DNA of 64,000 nt. Source: an uncultured Bacillales bacterium (lineage in GTDB: Bacteria > Bacillota_I > Bacilli_A > RF39 > UBA660). Below are positions 19,005-29,964 of this stretch, in pieces. Location of the stretch: contig CAOJRT010000001.1 of the NCBI GenBank assembly GCA_948442255.1, positions 15,919 through 79,918 on the forward strand, read 5' to 3'. A program made the translations under genes and the position numbers. Each line of letters begins with the position of its first letter. The first letter of the stretch is position 1. Below the pieces are notes generated by a model. That model saw only the letters and a program-made list of their open reading frames with translations. It was not told the DNA's origin and did no database searches.

Positions 19005-20911
19005 AAGAAGAATATGGAGATAGTGATATTCAAGTATTAGAAGGACTTGAAGCTGTACGTAAAAGACCTGGTATGTATATTGGTACTACTAGTGAAAGAG
19101 GATTGCATCATTTAGTATGGGAGATAGTAGATAATGCAGTAGATGAATCTTTAGCAGGATACTGCGATGATATTGAGGTCATTATTGAAAAGAATAATGT
19201 AATTACGGTAAGAGATGATGGAAGAGGAATGCCAACAGGAATTAATGCCAAGACAGGTTTATCTACAATTGAGACAATTTTTACTGTTTTGCATGCTGGT
19301 GGTAAATTCGGCGGTGGCGGATATAAGGTATCTGGTGGTTTACATGGTGTTGGAGCTAGTGTTGTTAATGCTTTATCTTCTTGGCTTGAGGTGCGTGTGT
19401 ATCGTGATGGACATGTCTATTATCAGCGTTTTGAAAATGGAGGACATCCTGTTGATGAATTAAAAATAATAGATGAATGCGATATGGATAGAACAGGAAC
19501 TTCTGTTTCTTTTAAAGCTGATCCAGAAATTTTTAAAGAAACTACCATTTATAATTATGAAATATTAGCTAATCGTTTAGAAGAACTTGCTTTTCTAAAT
19601 AAGGGATTACGTATTGTCTTACAAGATTTAAGAGAAGATGAGAAAAAAAATGAGTTCCTTTATAATGGTGGAATTATTGAATTTGTTAAGAAATTAAATA
19701 AAAATAAAAAAGCGATTCATGAGAATGTTGTTTATGTGGAGGGCCAAGAAAATGGGATATCTTTAGAAGTTGCCTTTCAATATAATGAAGACTATAATTC
19801 TTCTATTTATTCCTTTACTAATAATATAAGTACTTATGAAGGTGGAACACATGAAGATGGTGTTAAGAGAGCTTTAACAAGAATACTTAATAATTATGCT
19901 AAAAGTGCAAAATTATTAAAAGATAATGATGATGCTTTGACTGGAGAAGATGTTCGAGAAGGATTGACTATGATTATTTCTTGTAAACATCCTGATCCTC
20001 AATTTGAGGGACAAACAAAGACGAAGCTTGGAAATGCAGAAGTAAGAAAAATAGCTGATGATGTGTTTAGTAATGGTTTAGACAGATTTTTATTAGAAAA
20101 TCCAGAAGAATCGAAAAAAATTATTGAAAAGTCTATGACTGCTTCAAGAGCGCGTCTAGCAGCAAAAAAGGCAAGAGAATTAACGCGTAGAAAAGGGGAC
20201 TTAGATGTTACTAATTTTTACGGAAAATTATCTGATTGTAAAAGTAAGGATCCAAGCGAATGTGAGATTTTTATAGTCGAGGGAGATTCAGCAGGAGGTT
20301 CTGCGATTAAAGGTAGAGATAGTATGACACAAGCTATTCTTCCTTTAAGAGGAAAAATCTTAAATGTAGAAAAAGCTAGATTAGACAGAGCTTTGGGAAA
20401 TGAGGAAATTCGTACTATTATTACGGCATTTGGAACTGGTATAGGTGACGATTTTGATTTATCAAAACTTCGTTATAATAAAATTATTATTATGACTGAT
20501 GCTGACGTGGATGGAGCTCATATTCGTGTGTTATTATTAACTTTATTTTATCGTTTCTTTAGACCTATTGTGGAAGCAGGTCATGTTTATGCTGCACAAC
20601 CACCACTGTTTTGTATTAAACATGGACAAACGATTAAGTATGTTTTAGATGAAAAAGAAAGAGATGAATATTTAGCTACATTGAAACCTGAAACGAAAAG
20701 AGATATTTTACGTATGAAAGGGTTAGGAGAAATGGATGCGGAAGAGTTAAATGAAACAACTATGGATATTGAAAAACGTGTTTTAAGACAGATTACAGTG
20801 GAAGATACAAGAGCGGCTGATGAAGTATTCTCTAAATTAATGGGAGAAGAAGTTGAACCGAGAAGAAATTTTATAGAAGAAAATGCAGTATTTGCAGATT
20901 TAGATGCTTAG
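19001..20911 (+). CDS. gyrB: DNA gyrase subunit B
   Basis: GHKL ATPase, [14 protein letters not shown] motif. Confidence 0.97.
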   Translation: MKEEYGDSDIQVLEGLEAVRKRPGMYIGTTSERGLHHLVWEIVDNAVDESLAGYCDDIEVIIEKNNVITVRDDGRGMPTGINAKTGLSTIETIFTVLHAGGKFGGGGYKVSGGLHGVGASVVNALSSWLEVRVYRDGHVYYQRFENGGHPVDELKIIDECDMDRTGTSVSFKADPEIFKETTIYNYEILANRLEELAFLNKGLRIVLQDLREDEKKNEFLYNGGIIEFVKKLNKNKKAIHENVVYVEGQENGISLEVAFQYNEDYNSSIYSFTNNISTYEGGTHEDGVKRALTRILNNYAKSAKLLKDNDDALTGEDVREGLTMIISCKHPDPQFEGQTKTKLGNAEVRKIADDVFSNGLDRFLLENPEESKKIIEKSMTASRARLAAKKARELTRRKGDLDVTNFYGKLSDCKSKDPSECEIFIVEGDSAGGSAIKGRDSMTQAILPLRGKILNVEKARLDRALGNEEIRTIITAFGTGIGDDFDLSKLRYNKIIIMTDADVDGAHIRVLLLTLFYRFFRPIVEAGHVYAAQPPLFCIKHGQTIKYVLDEKERDEYLATLKPETKRDILRMKGLGEMDAEELNETTMDIEKRVLRQITVEDTRAADEVFSKLMGEEVEPRRNFIEENAVFADLDA

Positions 20912-20925
20912 GGAGGTGAGTTGTT

Positions 20926-23412
20926 TTGGATAGATTAGAACAAAATAATATAGTTACTGAGGTAAGAAAATCTTTTTTAGATTACTCGATGAGTGTTATT
21001 GCTGCGAGAGCATTACCAGATTTAAGAGATGGGTTAAAACCAGTACATAGAAGAATTTTATATTCTATGTATGAATCTGGTTATACTCCTGATAAACCTC
21101 ATAAGAAGAGTGCCAGAATTGTTGGAGATGTTATGGGTAAATACCATCCACATGGAGATTCTAGTATCTATGATGCAATGGTACGTATGGCACAAGATTT
21201 TTCTTATCGTCATATGTTGGTTGATGGACATGGAAATTTCGGAAATATTGAAGGATATGGTGCAGCAGCCATGCGTTACACAGAATCAAGACTTTCTAAG
21301 ATATCTTTGGAATTATTAAGAGATATCAACAAGGACACTGTAGATATGATTCCTAACTTTGATGATTCGGAGAAAGAACCGGCTGTTTTACCATCTAGAT
21401 TTCCTAATATTTTAGTGAATGGAACGATGGGAATTGCTGTTGGTATGGCGACGAATATTCCACCACATAATTTAGGAGAAGTTATAGATGGATGTGTTGC
21501 TTATATTGATAATCCTGATATTGAATTAGAACAATTAATGCAAATTGTTAAAGGACCTGATTTTCCTACTGGTGGAATCATTTTAGGAAATGCGGGTATT
21601 CGCAAAGCTTATGAAACGGGGCGTGGTTCAATAACGATTCGAAGTAAGGCAACGATTGAAGAAAAGAATGGTAGACATTATATTATTGTTGATGAAGTTC
21701 CTTATGGAGTAAATACTTTGGATTTAAAAAACAAAGTTGCGGAACTTGTCCACAATAAGATTATAGATGGAATTACAGATTATCATTCAGATTTAAAAAA
21801 TGGTATTAAAATAACAATTACTTTGAAAAAGGATGCTAATCCACAAGTCGTTTTAAATCAACTTTATAAGCATACTGATTTTCAAACAAATTATGGAATC
21901 ATTTTGTTGATGATAGATCAGAAAACACCAAAAACGTTAGGTCTTAAGGACATAATTTCGAAGTATATTGATTATCAAAAAGAAGTCATTATTAGAAGAA
22001 CTCGTTTTAATTTAGATAAAGCAGAAAAAAGAGCACATATTTTAGAAGGTTTAAAAATAGCGTTAGATAATATTGACGAAGTAGTTAAGTTAATTCGTGC
22101 TTCTAAAAGTGATCAAGAAGCACAAACTGGTTTGATGAATCGTTTTGGATTATCTGAAATTCAAGCACAAGCTATTTTGGAAATGCGTTTACGTCGTTTA
22201 ACTGGATTAGAAAGAGATAAAATTGAAGAAGAATTAGCTAATTTATTGAAAGAAATTGAAGAATTAAGAGCGATATTAGCTAGCGAAGAGAAAGTTTTAC
22301 AGATTATTAAAGAAGAAATGCTTGAAATTAAGGCTAAATTTGGTGATGAACGTCGTACAAAGATTGATATGACTGCTATCGATTATATTGAAGATGAATC
22401 TTTAATACCAAATGAAGATGTTATTATTGCATTAACTCATAAAGGCTATATTAAGAGAACTACTTCTGATACGTTTAAAGCGCAAAATAGAGGTGGTGTT
22501 GGAATTAAAGGTATGGCTACTAATGAAGAAGATTTTGTAGAACATATGATTAATATTGAGACACATGATTATGTATTATTCTTTACTAATAAGGGGAAGG
22601 TTTATCGTTTAAAAGGTTATGAAATTCCAGAATTTAGTAGACAATCTAAGGGATTGCCAGTTGTTAACTTAATTCAAGTGGAAAAAGATGAGATGGTAAA
22701 TTCTATTATTAAGATTTCTCCAGAAGAGGAAGTAAGTAATTTACTCTTTGTTACGAAATCAGGCTTAGTTAAGAGGACTGCTGTATCTGAATTCGATAGT
22801 ATTCGTAGTGGTGGTAAGATTTGCATTACTCTTAGAGAAAACGATGAATTAATCGCTGTTCGTAAGACGACAGGTAAAAATTATGTATTGCTTGGTTCAA
22901 GTAATGGCCGTATGGTTAAATTTGATGAAAATGATGTTCGTATTATGGGAAGAACAGCTTCTGGTGTAAAAGGTATAGAACTAGGGGATTCGTCTTGTAT
23001 TGGAGCTGAAATAGCCTCTGATGAGGATGTTATTTTGATTGTTACTAAGAAGGGTTACGGAAAACAAACGAACGTTCGTGAATATAGAGAAACAAAGCGT
23101 GGATCTAAAGGTGTAAAAGCTTTAAGTATTACTGAAAAAAATGGAGATATAGCTTCGTTTAAGATTGCTAGAGCAGATGCGGATATTGTAGTTATCACGG
23201 ATGCGGGAATGGTTATGAGGATGCCTTTGGAGCAGATATCTGTACTCGGACGTGTTACCCAAGGAGTTCGCTTAATTAATTTAAAAGATGAACATTCTGT
23301 TGCAACTGTTAGCTTAGTTGATAAGGAAAGAGAGAGTGTTTCTGAAGAAACTTCTAATGAAAGCGAACCTACAATGGAAGTAGGTAAAGAGGAAAATATA
23401 GTAGAAAAATAA
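20926..23412 (+). CDS. gyrA: DNA gyrase subunit A
   Basis: catalytic Tyr region RYTESRL, QRDR-like AAMRYTE, TTG start. Confidence 0.97.
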   Translation: MDRLEQNNIVTEVRKSFLDYSMSVIAARALPDLRDGLKPVHRRILYSMYESGYTPDKPHKKSARIVGDVMGKYHPHGDSSIYDAMVRMAQDFSYRHMLVDGHGNFGNIEGYGAAAMRYTESRLSKISLELLRDINKDTVDMIPNFDDSEKEPAVLPSRFPNILVNGTMGIAVGMATNIPPHNLGEVIDGCVAYIDNPDIELEQLMQIVKGPDFPTGGIILGNAGIRKAYETGRGSITIRSKATIEEKNGRHYIIVDEVPYGVNTLDLKNKVAELVHNKIIDGITDYHSDLKNGIKITITLKKDANPQVVLNQLYKHTDFQTNYGIILLMIDQKTPKTLGLKDIISKYIDYQKEVIIRRTRFNLDKAEKRAHILEGLKIALDNIDEVVKLIRASKSDQEAQTGLMNRFGLSEIQAQAILEMRLRRLTGLERDKIEEELANLLKEIEELRAILASEEKVLQIIKEEMLEIKAKFGDERRTKIDMTAIDYIEDESLIPNEDVIIALTHKGYIKRTTSDTFKAQNRGGVGIKGMATNEEDFVEHMINIETHDYVLFFTNKGKVYRLKGYEIPEFSRQSKGLPVVNLIQVEKDEMVNSIIKISPEEEVSNLLFVTKSGLVKRTAVSEFDSIRSGGKICITLRENDELIAVRKTTGKNYVLLGSSNGRMVKFDENDVRIMGRTASGVKGIELGDSSCIGAEIASDEDVILIVTKKGYGKQTNVREYRETKRGSKGVKALSITEKNGDIASFKIARADADIVVITDAGMVMRMPLEQISVLGRVTQGVRLINLKDEHSVATVSLVDKERESVSEETSNESEPTMEVGKEENIVEK

Positions 23413-23439
23413 TTTTTTATAAGAATGTATTCTTTTAAT

Positions 23440-23680
23440 ATGTTTCACGTGAAACATCACTTAAAAATTCATTCTTTTTTTATAACACAATTTTAAATTA
23501 TTTCCCGGGAAATAGTTGAAAACAAAACATTTTATAACAAAAAAGGTGTTTTTAATTGGAATCGGTAAATGATTGAATGGTCAGACTATCGACTTGTTTC
23601 CTAATATGCCTTAATTTTTTATGTTTCACGTGGAACTTTAATTTTGCAAAAAAATTGTAAAGTATTTCCTGGGAAATAAA
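23440..23680. repeat. paired perfect palindromes: TGTTTCACGTGAAACA (23442-23457; variant at 23622) and TTATTTCCCGGGAAATAA (23500-23517; variant at 23663-23680)
   Basis: two successive palindrome pairs between gyrA and the SRP RNA promoter; third TTATTTCCCGGGAAATAA copy at 12088-12105 upstream of mnmE. Confidence 0.5.
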
Positions 23681-23687
23681 ATTTAAG

Positions 23688-23718
23688 TTGACTTTGAAAG
23701 AATGTTTGTGTATTATAA
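23688..23718 (+). promoter_or_regulatory. sigma-A-type promoter for SRP RNA
   Basis: TTGACT (23688-23693), 17 bp spacer, TATTAT/TATAAT (23711-23718). Confidence 0.5.
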
Positions 23719-23720
23719 TG

Positions 23721-23800
23721 TTCGTGCAACAAATATATTGTAACCTGGTCAGGATCGGAAGATAGCAGCCATATCAATCTCTGTTTGTGTGCACTTTTTT
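23721..23800 (+). ncRNA. ffs: signal recognition particle RNA (small 4.5S-type, ffs/scr)
   Basis: CCTGGTCAGGATCGGAAGATAGCAGCC matches the conserved domain IV of SRP RNA (E. coli CCAGGTCAGGTCCGGAAGGAAGCAGCC); outer helix GTGCAACAAA/TTTGTGTGCAC; followed by TTTTTT; same position relative to dnaX as B. subtilis scr. Confidence 0.6.
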
Positions 23801-23813
23801 GTTGGTGATAATT

Positions 23814-24233
23814 ATGAATGATGATAAATATATTAAATTACTGTATGAAAAAGCTAAAGAAGCTTTAAATCAAAAAGAAATTCCTGTTTCTGCTTTGATA
23901 ATAGATTCTGAAGGTAATATTATTTCTTCTTCAAGAAATAATAGACAAGAAACCAACTCGGTTGTGGGACATGCTGAAATTTTAGCAATAATGAATGCAG
24001 AAAAAAAGCTCCTTGATTGGCGCTTAGATGGTTATTCTATGGTGGTTTCTTTATTCCCTTGTAGAATGTGTCAAGAAGTGATAAGGGAGTCTCGTCTTGA
24101 TCATGTTTATTATATTTTAGATTCTCCACAAGGGGAATGTCTTATTCCTAATTTAGAAAAGTTAAATGTTTCTGCAGATATGTCGCAATCTTTTTCTAAT
24201 TTATTAACAACTTTTTTTGATAATATGAGGTGA
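23814..24233 (+). CDS. tadA: tRNA-specific adenosine deaminase TadA
   Basis: deaminase zinc motifs HAEILAI and PCRMC; start reset to ATG 23814 (GGTGA RBS) so it no longer overlaps the SRP RNA. Confidence 0.8.
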   Translation: MNDDKYIKLLYEKAKEALNQKEIPVSALIIDSEGNIISSSRNNRQETNSVVGHAEILAIMNAEKKLLDWRLDGYSMVVSLFPCRMCQEVIRESRLDHVYYILDSPQGECLIPNLEKLNVSADMSQSFSNLLTTFFDNMR

Positions 24234-24278
24234 AAACCTTTTTTTTTTTTGTTATAATTATCCACAGGAGGTTTTTGA

Positions 24279-25910
24279 ATGAGTTATAAAGTTTTATATA
24301 GAAAGTATCGACCTGATAGTTTTGATTCGGTTGTGGGTCAGGATTATACGGTTCGAATGTTGAAAAATGCTGTTTCTACAGAGAAAAATGCCCATGCTTA
24401 TATCTTTACTGGTCCTAGAGGTACTGGAAAAACTTCATCTGCTAAAGTATTTGCTAAAGCTTTAAATTGTGAATGCTCAGTAGATGGAAATCCTTGTAAT
24501 ACATGTGACTCTTGTCTTCATTTTAAAACGAGCTCTGATATTATTGAAATAGATGCTGCATCGAACAATGGAGTAGATGAAATCAGAGAACTTATTAACA
24601 ATGTGAAATTAGTTCCGTCATCTTCTAAGTTTAAAGTTTATATTATTGATGAGGTTCATATGTTAACGGCAAGTGCTTTTAATGCCTTGCTTTTAACGCT
24701 TGAAGAACCACCTTCGCATGTTGTGTTTATTTTGGCAACAACAGATATCCAAAATGTTCCTATTACTATTTTATCTCGATGCCAAAGATTTGATTTTAAA
24801 CCGATTAATAAACAAGATTTAGAAAAGCGTTTGCGATATGTGGCTTCAGAAGAATCGATTTCTATCACTGATCAGGCTATAGAGGAAATCGCGCTAATTT
24901 CTGCTGGAGGAATGCGTGATGCGTTAGGAATGTTGGATCAACTTGCTAGTAATGGAACTGAAATTACGTTAGATGCTGTATCAAGTTATTTTGGGAGTGT
25001 TTCTACACAAAAAATTGACAAGTTATTAACAAATATTGAAAACAAAAATACAGAATCTATGTTGGAAGTCTTGGAAAATATTAAATCATCTGGAACTAAT
25101 TATTCAGTTTTTGTGGAAAAACTAATTAATGAATTAAGAAAGTGTGCTGTTCATTTGAAATCTGGTAAGGCAAAATATCGTTTTGGATTTGACACTTTAT
25201 ATCATATGATTTTTGATTTGAACGAATGTTTATGTAATATCAATATAAATGTTAATCCCTATGTATTAATTGAACTAGTTTTACTAAAATATATAGATAT
25301 AGAAGAAACCATGGAAGTTCAGATGCCTTTGGGAAATAATAATAAAATAAAAGAATATAACCCGGGAAATGATTATAATACCTTAGAAAGTTTAGAAAAT
25401 AAAAAAGAGAAAAAGATTGATGCTTCTCGTATTGTTTCATTTTCTGTAGAGACTCGTATTAATAATTGCTTTTGTGAAGCTTCTAAAGAATATAAAAATA
25501 AATTGGTTGATTTATGGGTTGCTTTTATGAATTTTTTAATGACCAAAGATCGTTCTTTTGTCTCGTTGATGGCTGATACTTCTGTTTGTGCAGCTTCGCC
25601 TACATATGCAATTATTACAAGCCGTATTTTTTCGACGAATAACTTGATTAATGTTGAAATAATGAAAATTGAATCTTATTTTAAAGAATTTAGTGGTTTA
25701 GATTATAAATTTGTTTCTTTGGCAGAAAATGATTGGAAAGAAGCAATGAATAAATATAAAGTAAATATAAAAAATGGAAAAATATATACTTTTATTGAAG
25801 AAAAAATAGAAAATAATGCTATACTTAATACAGAAGATTCTTCTGTGGAATCGGGAAGTATTGAAGATGTTGCTAAAGATATTTTTGGTACTTTTGAAAT
25901 AGAATCATAG
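24279..25910 (+). CDS. dnaX: DNA polymerase III subunits gamma/tau
   Basis: AAA+ Walker A GPRGTGKTS, zinc module CxxC...CxxC, SRC motif. Confidence 0.95.
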   Translation: MSYKVLYRKYRPDSFDSVVGQDYTVRMLKNAVSTEKNAHAYIFTGPRGTGKTSSAKVFAKALNCECSVDGNPCNTCDSCLHFKTSSDIIEIDAASNNGVDEIRELINNVKLVPSSSKFKVYIIDEVHMLTASAFNALLLTLEEPPSHVVFILATTDIQNVPITILSRCQRFDFKPINKQDLEKRLRYVASEESISITDQAIEEIALISAGGMRDALGMLDQLASNGTEITLDAVSSYFGSVSTQKIDKLLTNIENKNTESMLEVLENIKSSGTNYSVFVEKLINELRKCAVHLKSGKAKYRFGFDTLYHMIFDLNECLCNININVNPYVLIELVLLKYIDIEETMEVQMPLGNNNKIKEYNPGNDYNTLESLENKKEKKIDASRIVSFSVETRINNCFCEASKEYKNKLVDLWVAFMNFLMTKDRSFVSLMADTSVCAASPTYAIITSRIFSTNNLINVEIMKIESYFKEFSGLDYKFVSLAENDWKEAMNKYKVNIKNGKIYTFIEEKIENNAILNTEDSSVESGSIEDVAKDIFGTFEIES

Positions 25911-25925
25911 GAAAGAGGAATAATT

Positions 25926-26222
25926 ATGAATATGCAAGCAATAATGCAACAAGCGCAAAAAATGCAAAGAGATATTACAAAGAAAAAAGAGGAGTTAAAT
26001 GCCAAAGAGTTTGTTGGGAACTCTGAATTAGTCGAAGTTAAATTTACAGGCGATAAAAAATTAATTTCTGTAACGATTAAACAAGATAATTTATCAAGTG
26101 ATGATAAAGAAATTTTGGAAGATATGTTTACGATTGCAGTAAATAATGCGATGCAAAAGATTGATGAGGAAACTGAGAAGATTTTAGGTGCTTATGGTAA
26201 TCAATTAGGTGGACTTTTCTAA
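25926..26222 (+). CDS. ybaB: nucleoid-associated protein YbaB/EbfC
   Basis: 98 aa, conserved dnaX-ybaB-recR arrangement. Confidence 0.9.
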   Translation: MNMQAIMQQAQKMQRDITKKKEELNAKEFVGNSELVEVKFTGDKKLISVTIKQDNLSSDDKEILEDMFTIAVNNAMQKIDEETEKILGAYGNQLGGLF

Positions 26223-26821
26223 TGGCATATCCAAGGGTTTTGAGTGATTTGATTCATGATTTAAAGCAAATCCCTGGTGTCGGGGATAGAAGTGCAGAGC
26301 GATATGCATTTTCTCTTCTAGAAATGAAGACAGAAATAGTAGAGGATTTGGTTGAAAAATTAAGTGATTGTCGTAATAATCTTCATCCTTGTGAGGTATG
26401 TGGTCATATAACTGATAAAGATATTTGTGATATATGTTCTGATTCTTCTCGTAATCAAAATATTATTTGTGTTTTAGAAGATTATCGGAGTGTAATTGCT
26501 TTTGAAAAAGCAGGAAATTATAATGGTGTTTATCATGTTTTAAATGGTCTTATTTCCCCAATAGATGATATTAATCCAGAGGATATTAATCTCTCTTCTT
26601 TGATAAAAAGAGTAGAGGAGTTAGAAAAACCTGAATTAATTATTGCTTTAAAATCAACAATTGAGGGGCAGACGACGACTCTTTACATTCAAAAGATTTT
26701 TGAAAATAAGAAAGTGACACTTTCTCGTTTATCTTATGGAATTTCCATGGGAACAGAAATCGATTATTTAGATGAAATAACTTTGGATAGAGCATTAAAT
26801 GATCGAAAAAAGATAGAATAA
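26222..26821 (+). CDS. recR: recombination protein RecR
   Basis: helix-hairpin-helix N-terminus, C4 zinc finger CEVCGHITDKDICDIC, Toprim domain. Confidence 0.95.
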   Translation: MAYPRVLSDLIHDLKQIPGVGDRSAERYAFSLLEMKTEIVEDLVEKLSDCRNNLHPCEVCGHITDKDICDICSDSSRNQNIICVLEDYRSVIAFEKAGNYNGVYHVLNGLISPIDDINPEDINLSSLIKRVEELEKPELIIALKSTIEGQTTTLYIQKIFENKKVTLSRLSYGISMGTEIDYLDEITLDRALNDRKKIE

Positions 26822-26858
26822 ATTTTTTCGCTTTTCATACCTTTTATTAGGTGATGGT

Positions 26859-27041
26859 ATGAAATATGTAGTAAAATTTATTAGAAACTTAGTTCTTTCT
26901 ATATTTACTATATATAGTGTTAATGTACTATTTTCTTTAGTAAATATATATATTCCAATAAATGTTTATACTATTTCTATAGGTACTTTTTTAGGCGCTT
27001 TTGGAATATCTTATTTGATTATTTTAAAATTGTTCTTGTAA
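26859..27041 (+). CDS. BofA-like small membrane protein (sigma-K processing inhibitor family)
   Basis: C-terminal YIPINVYTISIGTFLGAFGISYLIILKLF resembles B. subtilis BofA HVPINLVTTAISGILGIPGIAALVVIKQF; same post-recR position. Confidence 0.5.
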   Translation: MKYVVKFIRNLVLSIFTIYSVNVLFSLVNIYIPINVYTISIGTFLGAFGISYLIILKLFL

Positions 27042-27061
27042 AACAAGAAAAGGGTGGTATT

Positions 27062-27895
27062 TTGATAGAATCAGATAATTTACAATTGATTCTTACTCGT
27101 TATCATGAGAATAAACTTCCTCATGCTTTTTTACTTGAAACAAATGATTATGAAAGGTGCTATAAGGATGTTGTTTCTTTGTTAAAACAAATTAATTGTC
27201 CTTTTTCTTATCAAGAAAAATGTAAAAATAGTTGTAATTTATGTAATTTATTTGATACGGAGAATTTACCAAGTTTTATACATGTTATTCCTGATGGACA
27301 AACTATCAAAAAAGAGCAGATTTTGGCTGTTATGCAAAAGTTTGAAACAAAGCCTGTGTTTTCTAAATATAATATGTATGTTATTGAATGTGCTGAAAAA
27401 TTGAATTCTTCATCGGCCAATACAATTTTAAAATTTTTAGAAGAACCAGAAGATTTTATTTTGGGTTTTTTTATTACAAATAATAAAGAAAGTGTTATTG
27501 CTACTGTAAGAAGTCGTTGTCAAATCGTTTCTGTCATCTATGAAGAAGATGTCTCTTATGTTGAAGAAGATATTTATTTGGATCATGTACGCATTTATTT
27601 GAATCAAATTTTAGAAAACAATGAAGGGCTTCTTTTTAATAAACACACAATGTCTAAGGTGTTTAAAGAAAGAGGAGAGTGGGAAAATTTTTTTTATAAA
27701 ATGTTTTATTACATTAGAGAATGCTATTTAAATGATAATTTTCCTAGAATTGAACGATTACATCGTGTAGATAAACAGAAAATGCATCAAATGGTCTTAC
27801 TGATTGAAAAAGTTTTGAAATATATTAAAAGCAATGTTAATATAGAATTGATTTTAGATATGTTTGTAATCGAAGTGAGGAATATATATGAATAA
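27062..27895 (+). CDS. holB: DNA polymerase III delta-prime subunit
   Basis: AAA+-like clamp-loader fold with degenerate Walker A, SRC motif; TTG start with AGGGTGG RBS. Confidence 0.8.
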   Translation: MIESDNLQLILTRYHENKLPHAFLLETNDYERCYKDVVSLLKQINCPFSYQEKCKNSCNLCNLFDTENLPSFIHVIPDGQTIKKEQILAVMQKFETKPVFSKYNMYVIECAEKLNSSSANTILKFLEEPEDFILGFFITNNKESVIATVRSRCQIVSVIYEEDVSYVEEDIYLDHVRIYLNQILENNEGLLFNKHTMSKVFKERGEWENFFYKMFYYIRECYLNDNFPRIERLHRVDKQKMHQMVLLIEKVLKYIKSNVNIELILDMFVIEVRNIYE

Positions 27896-28685
27896 TATTT
27901 ATGGTGTTACATTAAAGAACGAAGGGAAAATATATTATTTTAATGGTCATGATTTTAAATTAGAAAAAGATACTTATGTAGTAGTAGAAACTGAAAAAGG
28001 GGTTCAAATAGGAAAAATATCTTATTTGGTTGATTCTAAGAAAATTAATATATCTGTAGAAGAAATGAAGCCTATAGTGCGTATTGCTACAGATGAAGAT
28101 TATTCTGCTTATTTTGCTAATTTGGCAGATGTAGAAAAATGTTTAAAAAAAGCAAGAAATATAGCAAATGAATTGCATTTGAATATGCGTATTTTAGATG
28201 CTAACTATACTTTAGATAAGAAACAATTGTTATTTAATTTTATTGCCGATGAGCGTGTTGATTTTAGGGAATTAGCTAAGCGTTTAGCTTCTTTGTATAA
28301 AACACGTATTGAATTGCGCCAAATAGGAGCGAGAGATAAGGCAAGAACGATTTGTGGTATAGGACAATGTGGCAGAGCGCTTTGTTGTTCTAGTTTTTTG
28401 AATCATATTGAATCAGTTACAATGAATATGGCAAAAAATCAAAATATAGCTTTAAATCCAGCGAAAATAAATGGTTTATGTGGTAGACTTCTATGCTGTT
28501 TAACTTATGAAGATGAAGAATATACAAGATGTCAAAAAGGGCTTCCAAGTGTTGGACAGACAATTAAAAATGAATTAGGTATGGGAAAAGTAATTAGTGT
28601 CGATATACTAAACAGAATGTACAAAGTTGACTTTGATGGAGTAATTAAGGAGTATAAGATAGATTGTGACAAGTGTACGAAATGA
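27888..28685 (+). CDS. ricT: PSP1-domain protein YaaT/RicT
   Basis: PSP1 C-terminal cysteine cluster GIGQCGRALCCSSFL...LCGRLLCC; follows holB. Confidence 0.85.
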   Translation: MNNIYGVTLKNEGKIYYFNGHDFKLEKDTYVVVETEKGVQIGKISYLVDSKKINISVEEMKPIVRIATDEDYSAYFANLADVEKCLKKARNIANELHLNMRILDANYTLDKKQLLFNFIADERVDFRELAKRLASLYKTRIELRQIGARDKARTICGIGQCGRALCCSSFLNHIESVTMNMAKNQNIALNPAKINGLCGRLLCCLTYEDEEYTRCQKGLPSVGQTIKNELGMGKVISVDILNRMYKVDFDGVIKEYKIDCDKCTK

Positions 28686-29391
28686 TTTATTTGATTATAA
28701 TGGTTTAAAAATTTACCAGTATACAGATAAGTTTAAATTTTCTTTAGATTCGATTTTACTAGCAGAGTTTGTTGAGATTAAGCAGAATATGAATACGATT
28801 GTTGATTTTTGCACAGGAAATGCTCCTGTTCCTTTGATTTTATCGACAAAAACAAAAGCTCATTTATATGGATTTGAAATTCAACCAATAATATATAAAT
28901 TGGCTAAAATGAGTGTTCTTGAAAATCGTTTGGAAGATCAAATTCATATTTTGAACGAAAATATGACTGATGCTTTAGAGTATTTACTTCCAGAAAGTGT
29001 AGATGCGGTTACTTGTAATCCGCCTTATTTTAAAAAAAATGATACTTCTTTATTGAATGAAGATCAAGAAAAAGCGATTGCAAGACATGAAATTACCATG
29101 TCATTAGAAGATATTATGATTTCTGCTAAGTATATATTAAAAAATAAAGCTCCTCTTTATTTGGTTCATCGCTGTGATCGGTTAGAAGAAATTTTGCTTT
29201 GTTTAGAAAAATATCATTTTAGAGTAAAAAAGATGCAGTTTATTTATGCAGGGTTTCATAAGGATGCCATTATGGTTCTTATTAAAGCTACTAAGAACGG
29301 TGCAAGTGGTAGTTTGAAAGTTTCTCCTCCCATAGACGTGTTAGCTTATAAGTCGTATAAAGGAATATTTGAAAAGAGGAATAAAGAATGA
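28666..29391 (+). CDS. SAM-dependent methyltransferase (YabB/TrmN6-like)
   Basis: small methyltransferase fold, NPPY motif (CNPPYF); B. subtilis yabB synteny. Confidence 0.7.
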   Translation: MTSVRNDLFDYNGLKIYQYTDKFKFSLDSILLAEFVEIKQNMNTIVDFCTGNAPVPLILSTKTKAHLYGFEIQPIIYKLAKMSVLENRLEDQIHILNENMTDALEYLLPESVDAVTCNPPYFKKNDTSLLNEDQEKAIARHEITMSLEDIMISAKYILKNKAPLYLVHRCDRLEEILLCLEKYHFRVKKMQFIYAGFHKDAIMVLIKATKNGASGSLKVSPPIDVLAYKSYKGIFEKRNKE

Positions 29392-29948
29392 AATTAATTG
29401 TTGGATTGGGAAATCCTGGAAAAGAATATGAAAATACTCGACACAATGTTGGTTTTATGGTGTTAGATCATTATTTAGGTTCAGTTTCTTGGAAAGAGAA
29501 ATTTAATGGTTATTATTATGAGAAAAATGTGAGTGGTGAGAAAGTTTTGTTCTTAAAACCAAAAACGTACATGAATTTATCGGGAAATTCTGTTATACAA
29601 TTTGTTCATTTTTATAAGATAAAAATAGAAGATATTCTTGTTATTCAAGATGATTTGGACTTACCTTATTTAAAATATAGACTTAAGTATAATAGTTCTG
29701 CTGGAGGGCATAATGGTATTAAGTCTTTAATAGATTCCTTAGGAACACAAGCTATTCCACGTTTGAAAATTGGTATTGCTCATGATAGATTCATTGATAC
29801 AAAAGATTATGTACTAAGTAAATTTTCTAAACAAGAGATAAAATTTTTTGCAGAAAAGGCAGAGATATTTTCTGCAGTTATTGATTTTTTTATTTCTGAA
29901 GGAATTGAATCTTGTATGCGAAAAACATTTGAGTTGGTAGTTGCTTAA
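29388..29948 (+). CDS. pth: peptidyl-tRNA hydrolase
   Basis: MKLIVGLGNPG N-terminus and HNG motif. Confidence 0.95.
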   Translation: MKLIVGLGNPGKEYENTRHNVGFMVLDHYLGSVSWKEKFNGYYYEKNVSGEKVLFLKPKTYMNLSGNSVIQFVHFYKIKIEDILVIQDDLDLPYLKYRLKYNSSAGGHNGIKSLIDSLGTQAIPRLKIGIAHDRFIDTKDYVLSKFSKQEIKFFAEKAEIFSAVIDFFISEGIESCMRKTFELVVA

Positions 29949-29964
29949 ATAAAGTAGGGATTTT

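Noticed and set aside
23413-23720. Possible rRNA operon or tRNA after gyrA, as in Bacillus
   Set aside because: The region is only about 300 bp and consists of palindromic repeats plus the SRP RNA promoter; no rRNA or tRNA-like sequence is present
24241-24252. T12 homopolymer (also T13 at 48764-48776) as phase-variation tracts
   Set aside because: Both are intergenic, in a promoter spacer and a terminator tail, in a very AT-rich genome; there is no coding frame to switch, so they are only noted as possible expression-level slippage sites
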